A DNA stretch of 64,000 nucleotides, taken from the NCBI GenBank assembly GCA_963668315.1, contig OY764216.1, positions 5,536,001-5,600,000 of the forward strand. The letters are read 5' to 3'. The notes below the pieces were generated by a model, which had not been told where the DNA came from, made no database searches, and worked only from the letters and a program-made list of their open reading frames with translations. A program made the position numbers and the translations under genes. Below are positions 37,335-48,000 of the stretch, piece after piece. Each line of letters begins with the position of its first letter. Position 1 is the stretch's first letter. This DNA is from Spirochaetia bacterium. Lineage in GTDB: Bacteria > Spirochaetota > Spirochaetia > DSM-2461.

Positions 37335-40300
37335 CTACCTCATATCCGCCACAGCCGGCGGCTCCACCTCGCAGACAATGCGGAAGCCGACGTTGTAGAC
37401 CTTCTGGTAAGGCGGATAGGCAAGCCGGAAACTGGATGTGCAGCGCTCGGGGCGGTCGCGCCAGGAGCCGCCGCGGACGACCTTGGCGGCGGTTGGGGCG
37501 CCGGTGTCGTCGTCCGAAGGGTAGGGACGGTAGGGCGTGCGGGTCCACTCGGCCACGTTGCCGTGCATGTCGCATAGGCCCCAGGCATTGGGCTGATAGG
37601 TGCCCGGCCTGACCGAGAGGAGAGCGCCGTCGTCGAAGCGAGCATCGCGGGGGATCCAGTCGTCGTATTTCGACGGGTTCGTCAGGGGCGAGTCGACCGT
37701 GTAGGGATTGCTGGCGAAGAGGCGGATGGTGGCGTCGGCCATGTTGGCGTAGGTGGAAAAGTCAGTGTCGGCCGGACCGAAGCTGAAAGGCGCAGCGCTG
37801 CCGGCCCGGCAGGCGTATTCCCACTGGGATTCCGTCGGCAGTGAGACTGCGGCGCCGGTGGCCTCCGAAAGCCAGCGGCAGAAGGCGGCCGCCTGGTCGC
37901 AGGACACGCGTACGACGGGTTGCTCGGGCCCGTTCATGGGATAGCCGTGGATTCCGAACTGGTAGGCGTTCTTCGACTCCACGCGACTGTCGTGCTTGGA
38001 GTCAAAACAGGCGAACTGGGCGTTGGTGATTTCAAAGCGTCCCATCCAGAAGGGGCGATCCATGGCGACGACCCGCTGGGGGCGTTCGTCGGGCGAACCG
38101 TCGCGGCTTCCCATGACGAACCGGCCCGCAGGGATCAGGACCAGTTCCACGTCCAGACCGTCGGCCAGATGCAACGTGCGGGTCGTGGCCGGGCCGGCGG
38201 CGGCCTGGCGGCGCTGCGCTTCGGCGGCGTCGAAAGGCCAGCCTTCGCAGGACGGCGTGGCCGCAGGTGGAGCGGCGGGCGGCGGAAGGAGCGGTTCCAC
38301 GGGCGTGGAGGCTACTTGGGGAACGGCCTCGGGGTCGTCGTCGTAGCCGCCGTAGAGCCGCAGCAGTTCGCGGCGACGCTGGCGCTGGACGCCGGGATCG
38401 GCGATGTCTTCGCCCCACGTGCCGTGGTAGGGACAGTTCAAATCGATCCAGGTGACAAGCCGGTCCCAGGCCTCGTCGTCGAGCCGGACGCCGTGGTGGC
38501 CCTTCTTGAGCAGTTGAACGAGCTGGGTCGTGTCGGCGTGGAACTCCATCGGTTCCAGCATATGATAGTCGCTCTCGATTCCCGGTCGGCGAACATAGCG
38601 GGAGAGCTCGTAGTAGCCCACGGAGAACTTGCCGCCCCGTTTGCCTCCGTTGCCCGGCGTTACCTGACGCCAGTCGGTGATTTTCACGTCGCCCCGGAGA
38701 TTGGGCTCGGCGCCGCCTTCGCTGGCCGGACGGCCGTCGTGGCAGGCCACGCAATGGCGGTCGACCACGGGTTGGACCTCGCGGGGGTAGCTGAAGCCGC
38801 GCAGCGGCCCGTGCCAGGGCGTGATCTTGTCGGCCGGTCCGTTCAGGGCCAACGTGAGCAGCGCGGGCGGGGCGGTGTTCTGGGGTTCGTGGCAGCCGGC
38901 GCACTGAACGACCTCGCCGGGCATGGCCGTCATCCAACTCCGCATCAACTGCAGAGCCCTGCCGTCCTTGTCGAGGGGCTGGATGGAGATGGGCATGTTG
39001 GCCGGGACGCGGAACTTGGCCGAGCCGTCGGCGCGGACCGGGACTGTGCCCAGAACCCGTTTGATGTCCCACGGGCCGTCCATGCCGACCACGCCCAAGA
39101 GGCCGCCCATGTCCTGATAGGCAAAGTGGTAGGTGAGAAGCCGCAACTGCTTGACCGTTCCGCGAGGAATGCCCTTGAGCCCGTCGCCCACGTAAATGTC
39201 CGGCAGGTAGACCACGGCGTCCTTCTTGGCCAGATCCACCTTGTCGGCAATCGGCTGGGGCGGCTCGGTCGCCCGCAGCGGGATCGGTTCGAGCAAAGCA
39301 CACTTCGGATCGTCCTGCAGAAGAACGAAGTTGTCGAACGTGTCGACCAGGTAGATTCCCCAACCGGTATTGGGCGACGGCTTGCAGGAGACGAGGAAGT
39401 GCTTGTCGCTGAGCGGATAAGGGTGGAGGAACTTGGGCCAACTGTCGAGGGTCAGGCCGTCGCGGATGAGCATTTCGACCTTTTGGCCGTAGCCCGGAAT
39501 CCGCTGGATCGCCCCGGCATCCTCGCGGCGACCGGCGGCCGGATCGAACACAACCAGTTCGCCCATCCGCGGGTTGTCGTGGTGCCCGCCAATGACGGAG
39601 ACGACCTTGGTGGGATGGTTGGGGATGGGACGCGTGTAAAAGAACGAGTTCGGCCAGTAGGAGTTGCTCCCGTAGAACTCCATCTGGCCGGTGCCGTCGG
39701 GGTTCATATGGAAGAGGAGTCGCGTGTTGGAATGAGGCGTGTCGGTGTATTCCCAGCGGGAATAAAGAACACGACCGTTGTTCATCACGGTGGGGCACCA
39801 GTCGTGTTCCTGGTCGAAGCAAAGCTGGCGAATATTGTGGCCGTCGGCGTCCATCTGGTAGAGCGTGGCCACGTGGGAGTTGCCATAAACACAGGGCACG
39901 CCGATGAAACACGCCGTGGAGGTGAACACGATCCGTCCGTCGGGCAGGTAGCAGGCGTCGTAGCTATCCACGTCAGGCTGTTCGCCTGTGAGCTGCCGGA
40001 GTCCCTGCCCGTCGGCGCCGATCTCAAAAACCTGCCAGCGATCGTTCTCGCCCACCATCGAGAAGAGCATTCGCCGACCGTCGAAACTCAGGTCCACATC
40101 GCCCACGAAGCTGTCGCGCGACGGCGCGAAGAGCGTGCTCAGGCTTCCTTTGGACCGGACGGGAGAGAGAACGGCGATTTCGTCGTCAAATCCCTTCTTG
40201 GGCAGGCTGGAATTGCTCTGCCAATTGCGGGGCAGGCCCAGGGAAGGCGACTTGTTGGATCGTTTGACGAGGAGCAGGCGGTCGAAGTCGAGGAGCGGGT

Positions 40301-41105
40301 TGGCCAGAAGGGCCTCGTCGCGGAGGACGGCGAGTTGTTCCTGAACCTGTTTGACTTGCGCCGACGCTTCCTTGTCGCCTGCCTTGGCGGTCTTCTGGGC
40401 CTCTTCGAGGTCTCGCGCGAGGCGGTCGACCTGAGCGAGGTAGTCGGGGCCGCCGGGGTAGCGGTTGCCGAAAGTGGTGATCAGGTCCTGGATCGCCAAA
40501 CGCAACTTCGCAGGATCGACGGTTGCCACATCGTATCCCACGCCGGGAACCTCGGGCGGAGGACTGTCGAGAGTGCGTGCATTGGGCCGCTTGAGCTCCC
40601 AACCCTCGGGAAAGGGGATCGTGCATTCGAGGCGAAGGGTCATCACGTGCGGAAAGGGCCCGACCCGTTCCATCCGCAAGGTGTGTTTGCCGGCGGTGGC
40701 GTCGAAATCGAGGCTGTTCTCCCACTGGGCGCTGGACGTGTTCCAGCTACCGGTCGTGCCGCGGCAGCATTGGCCGAGGCGTTTCTTGTCGAGGGAGAAC
40801 TCGACCGGCCGGGCGTCTCGAGCCGCGTAGCGAATGCGGACCCAGTAGGTTGCGGCCACCGGAAGTTCTAGATCGTATTCGACGACGACGGGGCTCTGGC
40901 CCCCGAAGGCGACCATCGGTCCGCCGTCCGCATACTGTTTCGGGTCGGCAAACGTCCGGGCGTTGCCGCGATCGAAGGCGTAGGCGGGGATTTCAATCGA
41001 GTCGACCGTACTGTCTTCCGGTTTGGGAGGCTCGGCTGCCGCGGTGGCAGCGAGCATTGCCAGTGTCAGTCCCAGGATCAGCTTGCCTTGCCGGACGATG
41101 ATCAT
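37335..41105 (-). CDS. Exported protein: CBM-like N-terminus, hydrazine-synthase-alpha-like propeller/middle domain with two CxxCH, C-terminal FGE/SUMF1 domain
   Basis: YLPDGRIVFTST, YSRWEY, NPDGTGQ, GTVPVRADGSAKF, CAGCH, CVACH; LPTESQWEYACRAG, NAWGLCDMHGNVAEW, RGGSW, VGFR. Confidence 0.85.
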   Translation of the reverse strand: MIIVRQGKLILGLTLAMLAATAAAEPPKPEDSTVDSIEIPAYAFDRGNARTFADPKQYADGGPMVAFGGQSPVVVEYDLELPVAATYWVRIRYAARDARPVEFSLDKKRLGQCCRGTTGSWNTSSAQWENSLDFDATAGKHTLRMERVGPFPHVMTLRLECTIPFPEGWELKRPNARTLDSPPPEVPGVGYDVATVDPAKLRLAIQDLITTFGNRYPGGPDYLAQVDRLARDLEEAQKTAKAGDKEASAQVKQVQEQLAVLRDEALLANPLLDFDRLLLVKRSNKSPSLGLPRNWQSNSSLPKKGFDDEIAVLSPVRSKGSLSTLFAPSRDSFVGDVDLSFDGRRMLFSMVGENDRWQVFEIGADGQGLRQLTGEQPDVDSYDACYLPDGRIVFTSTACFIGVPCVYGNSHVATLYQMDADGHNIRQLCFDQEHDWCPTVMNNGRVLYSRWEYTDTPHSNTRLLFHMNPDGTGQMEFYGSNSYWPNSFFYTRPIPNHPTKVVSVIGGHHDNPRMGELVVFDPAAGRREDAGAIQRIPGYGQKVEMLIRDGLTLDSWPKFLHPYPLSDKHFLVSCKPSPNTGWGIYLVDTFDNFVLLQDDPKCALLEPIPLRATEPPQPIADKVDLAKKDAVVYLPDIYVGDGLKGIPRGTVKQLRLLTYHFAYQDMGGLLGVVGMDGPWDIKRVLGTVPVRADGSAKFRVPANMPISIQPLDKDGRALQLMRSWMTAMPGEVVQCAGCHEPQNTAPPALLTLALNGPADKITPWHGPLRGFSYPREVQPVVDRHCVACHDGRPASEGGAEPNLRGDVKITDWRQVTPGNGGKRGGKFSVGYYELSRYVRRPGIESDYHMLEPMEFHADTTQLVQLLKKGHHGVRLDDEAWDRLVTWIDLNCPYHGTWGEDIADPGVQRQRRRELLRLYGGYDDDPEAVPQVASTPVEPLLPPPAAPPAATPSCEGWPFDAAEAQRRQAAAGPATTRTLHLADGLDVELVLIPAGRFVMGSRDGSPDERPQRVVAMDRPFWMGRFEITNAQFACFDSKHDSRVESKNAYQFGIHGYPMNGPEQPVVRVSCDQAAAFCRWLSEATGAAVSLPTESQWEYACRAGSAAPFSFGPADTDFSTYANMADATIRLFASNPYTVDSPLTNPSKYDDWIPRDARFDDGALLSVRPGTYQPNAWGLCDMHGNVAEWTRTPYRPYPSDDDTGAPTAAKVVRGGSWRDRPERCTSSFRLAYPPYQKVYNVGFRIVCEVEPPAVADMR

Positions 41106-41240
41106 GACTCGTGCTCCCCATGGCGATTTGCAGATCGGAAATCCCCTGCCTGGATGCCCAGTATACACCGCCCGGGCAGCCCCAAGAACGGGGTGCTGGG
41201 TATTTCCTTGACGCGGGGGTGTGGGCAAAGTAGAACCTCA

Positions 41241-41316
41241 GTAGCGGTGGCATCCTTGTCGCCGGCACGCGTGGGAATAGTCGGGCCGCGACCGGCGGCA
41301 GGGATGCCACCGCTAC
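41241..41316. repeat. GTAG-type REP hairpin
   Basis: GTAGCGGTGGCATCC ... GGATGCCACCGCTAC perfect 15-bp arms extending inward. Confidence 0.8.
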
Positions 41317-41363
41317 AGACGATGACGGACCTTCCATTTCACGACGATTAAGGAACGCTTCCT

Positions 41364-42116
41364 ATGAAACCCCTTGTTGCCTTTGCGTCTCTCCTAGCTC
41401 TTTTCTCCCTGTTCTTATCGCCGCTATTTGGGGCCGAGAGGCAGACGCCGAAGAAAATCCGGATCCTGCTGACCACCGGCGGACACGGCTTTGAAGTGGA
41501 ACCGTTCTACGCCATGTTCGACGCGATGAAAGGAATCGAGTATACGAAGGCCGAGGTGCCCAAGGACGCCGACCTGCTCAAGCCGGGGCTGGAGAAGGAG
41601 TATGACTGCATCGTCATGTACGACCTGTGCCGCCCGACCATCTCGCCGGAGCAGCAGAAGGCCTTCGCCAAGCTCGTGAAGGAGTCGGGCATCGGGTTGG
41701 TTTCGATGCACCACAACCTGGGCGCCAACTGGGAATGGGACGAGTTCCGCAAGATGATCGGCGGCCGGTTCATCATGAAAGACACCGAACTCGACGGCGT
41801 GGCCTGGAAGACCACGCCGTGGAAGCACGACGAACACATCAAGGTCCACGTGGTCGACAAGAAGCACCCGATCACCCAGGGGGTCGACGATTTTGAGATC
41901 GAGGACGAGGCCTACGGCAAGTTCTGGGTCGACCCCGAGGACCACATCCTGCTCAGGGCCGAACATCCGTGGAACAATTCCGAGATTGCCTGGACGAAGA
42001 ACTACGGCAAAGCCCGAGTGTTTCACCTGATGCTGGGTCACGACGGGAAGGCCTACGGCAACCCGTCGTATCGCAAATTGCTGGAGCAGGGAATTCGCTG
42101 GGCGGCGGAGAAGTAG
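41364..42116 (+). CDS. ThuA-like (trehalose utilisation domain) exported protein
   Basis: Signal peptide; TGGHGF, HPITQG, DEAY, YGKARVFHLMLGHD, GIRWA. Confidence 0.85.
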   Translation: MKPLVAFASLLALFSLFLSPLFGAERQTPKKIRILLTTGGHGFEVEPFYAMFDAMKGIEYTKAEVPKDADLLKPGLEKEYDCIVMYDLCRPTISPEQQKAFAKLVKESGIGLVSMHHNLGANWEWDEFRKMIGGRFIMKDTELDGVAWKTTPWKHDEHIKVHVVDKKHPITQGVDDFEIEDEAYGKFWVDPEDHILLRAEHPWNNSEIAWTKNYGKARVFHLMLGHDGKAYGNPSYRKLLEQGIRWAAEK

Positions 42117-42136
42117 GGGACGGCTGCCCAACTTCG

Positions 42137-42502
42137 GCCCGGCTACACCGCTTCAGCCCGGCTGCTTTGGTCACGCTGTAGGGAGTCGTGACAGCTCCAA
42201 GAACCGTTTGATTTGCAGCCGGGCTTTTGGGGTCGACAGGGATTGAGCAAAGAGCCGGGCTAGTTTCGGAACTTCGGCGGCCAGGCTGCCTTATCTGAGG
42301 TGGGTGATTCAAGAGCCCGGCTACACCGGTTCAGCCCGGCTGCTTTGGTCACGCTGTAGGGAGTCGTGACAGTTCCAAGAACCGTTTGATTTGCAGCCGG
42401 GCTTTTGGGGTCGACAGGGATTGAGCGAAGAGCCGGGCTAGTTTCGGAACTTCAGCGCCCAAGCGGGCTGAACTGAGGTGGCCAGTTCAAGAGCCCGGCT
42501 AC
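42137..42502. repeat. Tandem duplication of a 178-bp structured unit (2 copies + 10 bp)
   Basis: GCCCGGCTAC starts at 42137, 42315 and 42493; units contain alternating AGCCCGGCT/AGCCGGGCT arms. Confidence 0.9.
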
Positions 42503-42508
42503 TCTGCT

Positions 42509-42835
42509 TCAGGGGCACTTCTTCACCGGGCAAGGACTGCAGAAGCGAGGCAGGGGCTTCTTGCAGTAGTTGTCCGGGCACCATGTGAAGGAAAGGCATG
42601 GGATGCACGGCAGCGGCTTGGGACAGTAACAATTGGGAGACGGTGCGAAGCACTGGCACGGAATACACGGGATTGGTTTCGGGCAATAGTCGTCGCAACA
42701 TGCGCAAGGAACAGAAAGGCAGCGTGCGCAACGCAGCTCCTGGCCCAAAGGGGGCTGGCACGGTTGGCCCGCCCATGCGGTTTCGGCCAGGCCCGCGAAC
42801 AACAGTACGGCCAAACACCAGGTCAATCGGTTCAT
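42509..42835 (-). CDS. Small exported Cys/Pro-rich repeat protein
   Basis: Signal peptide ending AWA; three YC(P/K)KP(I/L)P repeats; 19 Cys in about 86 mature residues. Confidence 0.7.
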   Translation of the reverse strand: MNRLTWCLAVLLFAGLAETAWAGQPCQPPLGQELRCARCLSVPCACCDDYCPKPIPCIPCQCFAPSPNCYCPKPLPCIPCLSFTWCPDNYCKKPLPRFCSPCPVKKCP

Positions 42836-42891
42836 CGTAAGGACTCGCGAAGGGCTGCGGCGATCGGAATACCTCGGCAAGATGGTGGACA

Positions 42892-44547
42892 TCAGAGCGG
42901 GGGACGAGGAGCTTGCATGGGGGCGCCTTCGTAGCCGGGATCCTGGGGCGGAGCCGCCTGGGTGGGCTGAGCAGGCTGACCGGGCTGAGCCGGCTGAGCA
43001 GGTTGACCAGGCTGACCGGCAGCCACAGGCGGCAACGGCGTCGGAGCGTTCAAGCGAATCTGCCAGCCTCCGCCCAAGGCGCGGTAGAGCTCAATCAGGT
43101 TCTGAGCCACGGCTCCTTCCGCCACGGCGAGTTGGTCCTGTTGCTGCGTGAGAGACTGCTGGACAATGGACACGCGGTTGAAGTCGACCGCTCCCTCCCG
43201 GTACTGGGCCATGACGATTTCGACGGACTGGCCGGCTGCGTCCGCACTGCGAGCGACCGCAAGGAGCCGCTGCTGGGCATTCAGGAACCCAATGATGGCG
43301 TTCTCCGCTTCGGCGTTGGCCTTCAGGACCGTCTCCTGGTATTGAACGGCAAGCTGTTGGAAGCGGGCATCCTGAACGCGAATGTCGTTGACCAGCCGTC
43401 CGTAGTTGAGAATGTTCCAACTGAACGAGGGACCAACGCTCCCGGCAACCGAGCTGGCCTTGAAGAGATCCGTGAAGTTGATGGCTTCGAGCTGAATCGC
43501 CCCGCCGATGGCGAAATGAGGATACAACTCGGCGGTGGCCACGCCGATCATGGCGCTCTGCGCGGCTACCTGTCGCTCTGCTTGGCGAACATCCGGACGA
43601 CGACGGAGCAAGTCGGCGGGAATGCCGACCGCCACTTGCGCCGGAGCCTTGGGAACGCCCTTGCTTTCCTTGAGAATCTCGTCCAGGTTGTGAGGGGGCA
43701 TGGCCAGGAGAATGCAGAGTTGGTTAATCGCCTGGCGGCGGGCCGTCTCCAGTTCGTAGATGGCGGCCTCCGTATTGGCAAGGTCGGACTCGCCTTGCGT
43801 CACGTCGAGACGAGTCACCGTGCCTTCGCGGAACCGATGCTCCGCGATCGTCAGGTTCTTCTGCTGAATACGCACGTTTTCGCGAGCGTAGACGAGCCGT
43901 TCCTCCGCAATGCGGATGTTCGCATAGGTCTGAGCCACTTCTGAGATGAGGAGCACGAGAACGTCGTCGTAGCTCTCCACGGAGGCGTCCAGATTGGCAT
44001 CGGCCGCCTCGACGGCACGGCGGAAACGACCCCAGAAATCCAGTTCCCAGGCCAGATTTCCACCGACGGTCCAGGCGTCGTATTCGCTGCTGAAGAGCGC
44101 CCCGAAGCGGCTGTTCCCGCTCGTGCCGGTACGCGTGTAGTCGCCTGTGGCTTGTTGCTGCTGGGGCAGCAGGTTGCCCGCGGCGATGCCCCTTTGAGCC
44201 CGGGCTTCAAGGATCCGCAGTCCCGCGACTCGCAGAGTGAGGTTCTCCTCGTAGGCCGTCGCGACGAGCACGTCGAGCACGGGGTCGTTGAAGGTTCGCC
44301 ACCACTCGGGATCGCCGGCCCGCGACGTGTCGAGGTGCGCCTGCTCGGCATCGATCCACTCCTGCGAGACGGGAGCGGCGGGCCGGCAGTAGTTGGGACC
44401 GACCTTGAAGCCGTTGGCCAAGTATTCCCGGGTGCTTGTGCAACCGGCCAGCAGCGTCAGGAGCAGAATGCCCGCTATGGTCGAGGTCGTGCGAGGCGAA
44501 CCGGCACGGGGGGGGTGGTGTGACGCAGCTTCTAGCGAAAATGCCAT
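42892..44547 (-). CDS. TolC/NodT-family outer membrane efflux lipoprotein
   Basis: LLAGC lipobox, KVGPNY, WELDFWGRFRR, LLRRRPDVRQAE, LYRALGGGW. Confidence 0.92.
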   Translation of the reverse strand: MAFSLEAASHHPPRAGSPRTTSTIAGILLLTLLAGCTSTREYLANGFKVGPNYCRPAAPVSQEWIDAEQAHLDTSRAGDPEWWRTFNDPVLDVLVATAYEENLTLRVAGLRILEARAQRGIAAGNLLPQQQQATGDYTRTGTSGNSRFGALFSSEYDAWTVGGNLAWELDFWGRFRRAVEAADANLDASVESYDDVLVLLISEVAQTYANIRIAEERLVYARENVRIQQKNLTIAEHRFREGTVTRLDVTQGESDLANTEAAIYELETARRQAINQLCILLAMPPHNLDEILKESKGVPKAPAQVAVGIPADLLRRRPDVRQAERQVAAQSAMIGVATAELYPHFAIGGAIQLEAINFTDLFKASSVAGSVGPSFSWNILNYGRLVNDIRVQDARFQQLAVQYQETVLKANAEAENAIIGFLNAQQRLLAVARSADAAGQSVEIVMAQYREGAVDFNRVSIVQQSLTQQQDQLAVAEGAVAQNLIELYRALGGGWQIRLNAPTPLPPVAAGQPGQPAQPAQPGQPAQPTQAAPPQDPGYEGAPMQAPRPPL

Positions 44548-44819
44548 GGTCGTCTCTCCGCGACAATCGTGTTTCCAGGACTCATCGCTAGAATCGGCCT
44601 TGAGCATCCGATGTGCGCAGCATTTATCGCAAAGGAGGTATTTGCGATACAGTCCGCACGTGCCGGACAAGCGCTGCCTCGCGCACAGTCGTCAAGGTTT
44701 GCCTAACTGGCACGACAGGCGGGCCGGGAGAAGTGTGAGAAAGGAGCAAGAGAGCCGCCCACACGCGGACTGAGACGGTGTTTTCCGGTTCGCAAGAGCC
44801 GGGCCTACGCTCAAGTGAC

Positions 44820-45021
44820 GGGTGGCACGCTCAGAGCCCAAGCGATGGGCGTGGTGATCTAAGCGTCCACGCCCATCGCTTCGCTCTGGGCGTGCCACCC
44901 ACCGCGGAAGGCAATGTTCTGAAACGTCTGGCTCTTAGGGCAGGCCATCTGTTGGAGTCCGGCCTTTGGGTTGTCTTCCACACGCTAAAGCGTGGACTCC
45001 AACGCTCTGAGCGTGCCACCC
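44820..45021. repeat. Nested cluster of REP-like palindromes
   Basis: GGGTGGCACGCTCAGAGC..GCTCTGGGCGTGCCACCC hairpin (44820-44900), GTTGGAGTCC..GGACTCCAAC (44951-45003), third arm 45004-45021. Confidence 0.8.
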
Positions 45022-45043
45022 AGTTCACTGGACTTTCTGCGGA

Positions 45044-48000
45044 TCACGCCGACTGCACATCAGGCGGCGCTGGTTTGGCCTTCGCGCCGAAGAAAGCGGA
45101 AACGATGACGAAGAACAGGGGAATGAAGATCAGGTCGATGAAGGTGGCCGAGAGCATCCCGCCCGTGACGGCCGTTCCGATGCCATTCATGGCCCCGGCG
45201 CCGGCGCCGGTGGCAAGGGCCAGCGGCAGGGTGCCGAAGAAGAAGGCCAGGGAGGTCATGATGACCGGGCGGAAACGGATTCGAACGGCCGACAAGGTTG
45301 CCTCGATGAGCCCTTGGCCCTGCCTCATTTCTTCCTGGATGAACTGGATGATCAGGATGGCGTTCTTCGTCGAAAGTCCGAGGGTGGTCAGGAACCCGAT
45401 CTGGAAGTAGACGTCGTTCGACAATCCTCGCATCGAAGTTGCCGCCAACGCGCCGAACACGCCCAGGGGCAACATGAGCAGGTTCACGAAGGGGATCGTC
45501 CAGCTTTCATACAGGGCGGCCACGCAGAGAAAAATCACGAGGATCGAGAAGGCGTAGAGGAGCGGGGCCTGCGCCGTCGACATTCGCTCCTGATAGGAGA
45601 TCCCCGTATAGTCGTAGCCGATGCCCGAGGGCAACTGGGCGACGGCTTCCTCCAGGGCCTCCATGGCCTCCCCCGTACTGTGCCCGGCCGACGGTTCCGC
45701 CAGAATGTTGAGCGATGGGAATCCGTTAAACCGCTCCAGACGCGGGGAGTTGGACGACCAACGTCCGGAGGCGAAAGCGCTGTAGGGCACCATCTTGCCT
45801 TCTTGATTGCGGACGTAGACTCTTTCCAGGTCCTCGGGCAACATGCGATAGGGCGCGTCGGCCTGGACGTAGACACGTTTGACACGCCCGTCTTTGATGA
45901 AGTTGTTCACATAGGAACTGCCGAAGGCCGCCGAGAGGGTCGTGTGGATCGACGTGATCGGGACCAACTGCGCCCCGGCGGCGTCCTTATCGACGTCGAT
46001 GCGGTATTCCGACACGTCCTCCAGCCCGTTGGCTCGCACCGTATGCGGGTTGAGACGCGGATCTTTGCGGGCCAGTTCCAGAAACTGATCGCGAGCCGCC
46101 ATCAACTCGAGGTGGCCCAGCCCGCCCCGATCCACCAATTGAAAATCCACTCCCGTCGCATTCCCCAATTCACTGACGGGAGGCGGTGGGAAGGCGAAGA
46201 ACATCGCGTTGCGGAGAGAGGACAAGGCGCCCATGGCACGTCCGGCAACGGGGCCGGCTTTGAGCTCCGGACGGTTTCGTTCGGCCCAGTCCTTCAATTT
46301 GACGAACACCATGGCGCTGTTCTGAGACCGGCCCGCAAAACTGAATCCGCAGATGGTCATGCAGGAGGCGACCGCCTCTTGCTCGTGCTCCTGGAAATAG
46401 GCGGCCACTTCGTCCGCCATTTCCTGGGTCTGTTCGAGAGTGCTTCCCTTGGGCAGCGAAAGCTGGCAGAAAATCATCCCCTGGTCCTCGTCGGGGAGGA
46501 ACGAACTGGGAAGCTTGACATACAAATAACCCACCGCCGTGACGATGACCACGTAGATGAACACATAACGCAGCTTCTTCGCCAGCGAGTGGCCGACCAA
46601 TCCCACGTAGCGATCTCGGATTGCGAAGAAGATCCGGTCGAACCAGCGGAAGAAGGGGCGAAGGAAGAAGATCGCGTTTTCGCTCGGCTCGTGGCCTCGC
46701 ACCACGGGGCGGAGGAAGGTCGCGCAGAGCACCGGCGTGAGGATCAGGGCGACCACCACCGAGAGCATCATGGCGGCGATGATCGTCACGGAGAACTGGC
46801 GATAAATCACCCCTGTTGAACCGGGGAAGAAGGCCATGGGGCCAAACACGGCCGACAGCACCAGTCCAATGCCGATCAGGGCACTCGTGATCTGGTCCAT
46901 CGACTTGGCGGTCGCTTCCCGCGGCGGCAGGCCTTCTTCGGCCATGATCCGTTCCACATTCTCGACCACGACGATCGCGTCGTCGACCAGGAGCCCGATG
47001 GCCAGCACCATGGCGAACATGGTGAGCATGTTGATCGAATAGTCCAACGCCCCCAACACGGCAAAGGTGCCCAGAAGCACGACGGGCACTGCAATCGTCG
47101 GAATCAGGGTGGCCCGGATGTTCCCCATGAACAGGTACATGACCAGGAACACGAGCACCACGGCCTCGAACAGTGTCTTCACCACCTCTTCAATGGCCAC
47201 TTCGATGAAGGGCGTGGTCTCGTGAGGGTAGATGACCTTCATCCCTTCCGGGAAATAGCGGCTCATCTCGTCGAGCTTGGCCTTGATGGCGTTGGCCGTA
47301 TCGAGGGCATTGGCCCCGGGGGCCTGCCGAATCGCAAGTCCCGCGGTCGGCTGGCCATTGAAGAAGACTCGGATGTTGTAGGCTTCGGTTCCCAGTTCGG
47401 TTCGTCCTATGTCCTTGATGCGGATAATCGAGCCGTCCGGGTTGATCCGCACCGGAATGTCGGCGAATTCATCCGGGGTCTGCAGCAGGTTCTGCACCAC
47501 GATCGACGCGTTGAGCCGTTGCCCTTCCACCGCCGGGGCTCCACCGAACTGCCCGGCGGAAACCTCGACGTTGTAGTTCTGAAGCGAGGCGATTACGTCT
47601 TCCACCGTCAACTGGTATTCGGTCAGTTTGTCGGGGTTCAGCCAAACCCGCATGGCGTACTGGGTCCCGAAAGCCATCACCTCTCCCACGCCAGGGACGC
47701 GGGCAAGCACCTTCTCCAGGTTCGATTGGGCATAGTCGCGCAAGTCGTTGCCGTCCATGCTGCCGTCTTCGGAAGTCAGACCCACGATCAACAGGAAGTT
47801 TCGCGTCGACTTGTTCACGGAGACGCCGGATCGCTGCACGACTTCGGGCAAACTGGTCATGGCCAGTTGCAGCTTGTTCTGCACCTTGGCCCATGCCAGG
47901 TCGGGATCCGTTCCCGGCTTGAACGTCAACTCGATGCGAGAGGAGCCGGACGAATCGCTTGTGCCCGACAAATACAGCATGTCGTCGAAACCCGTCATCT

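Noticed and set aside
37920..40871. 983-aa plus-strand ORF and other long antisense ORFs (e.g. 22758-24599, 19087-20622, 50847-52487)
   Set aside because: Shadow frames of well-supported opposite-strand genes in GC-rich DNA
37335..41105. Anammox hydrazine synthase
   Set aside because: Fused to an FGE domain, no hzsB/C or hao genes, heterotroph-type gene context
42137..42502. CRISPR array
   Set aside because: Only two 178-bp units, constant part far too long for a CRISPR repeat, and no cas genes
42960..43025. 9-bp tandem repeat at the TolC 3' end
   Set aside because: Encodes a low-complexity (A/G)QP tail; ordinary coding repeat
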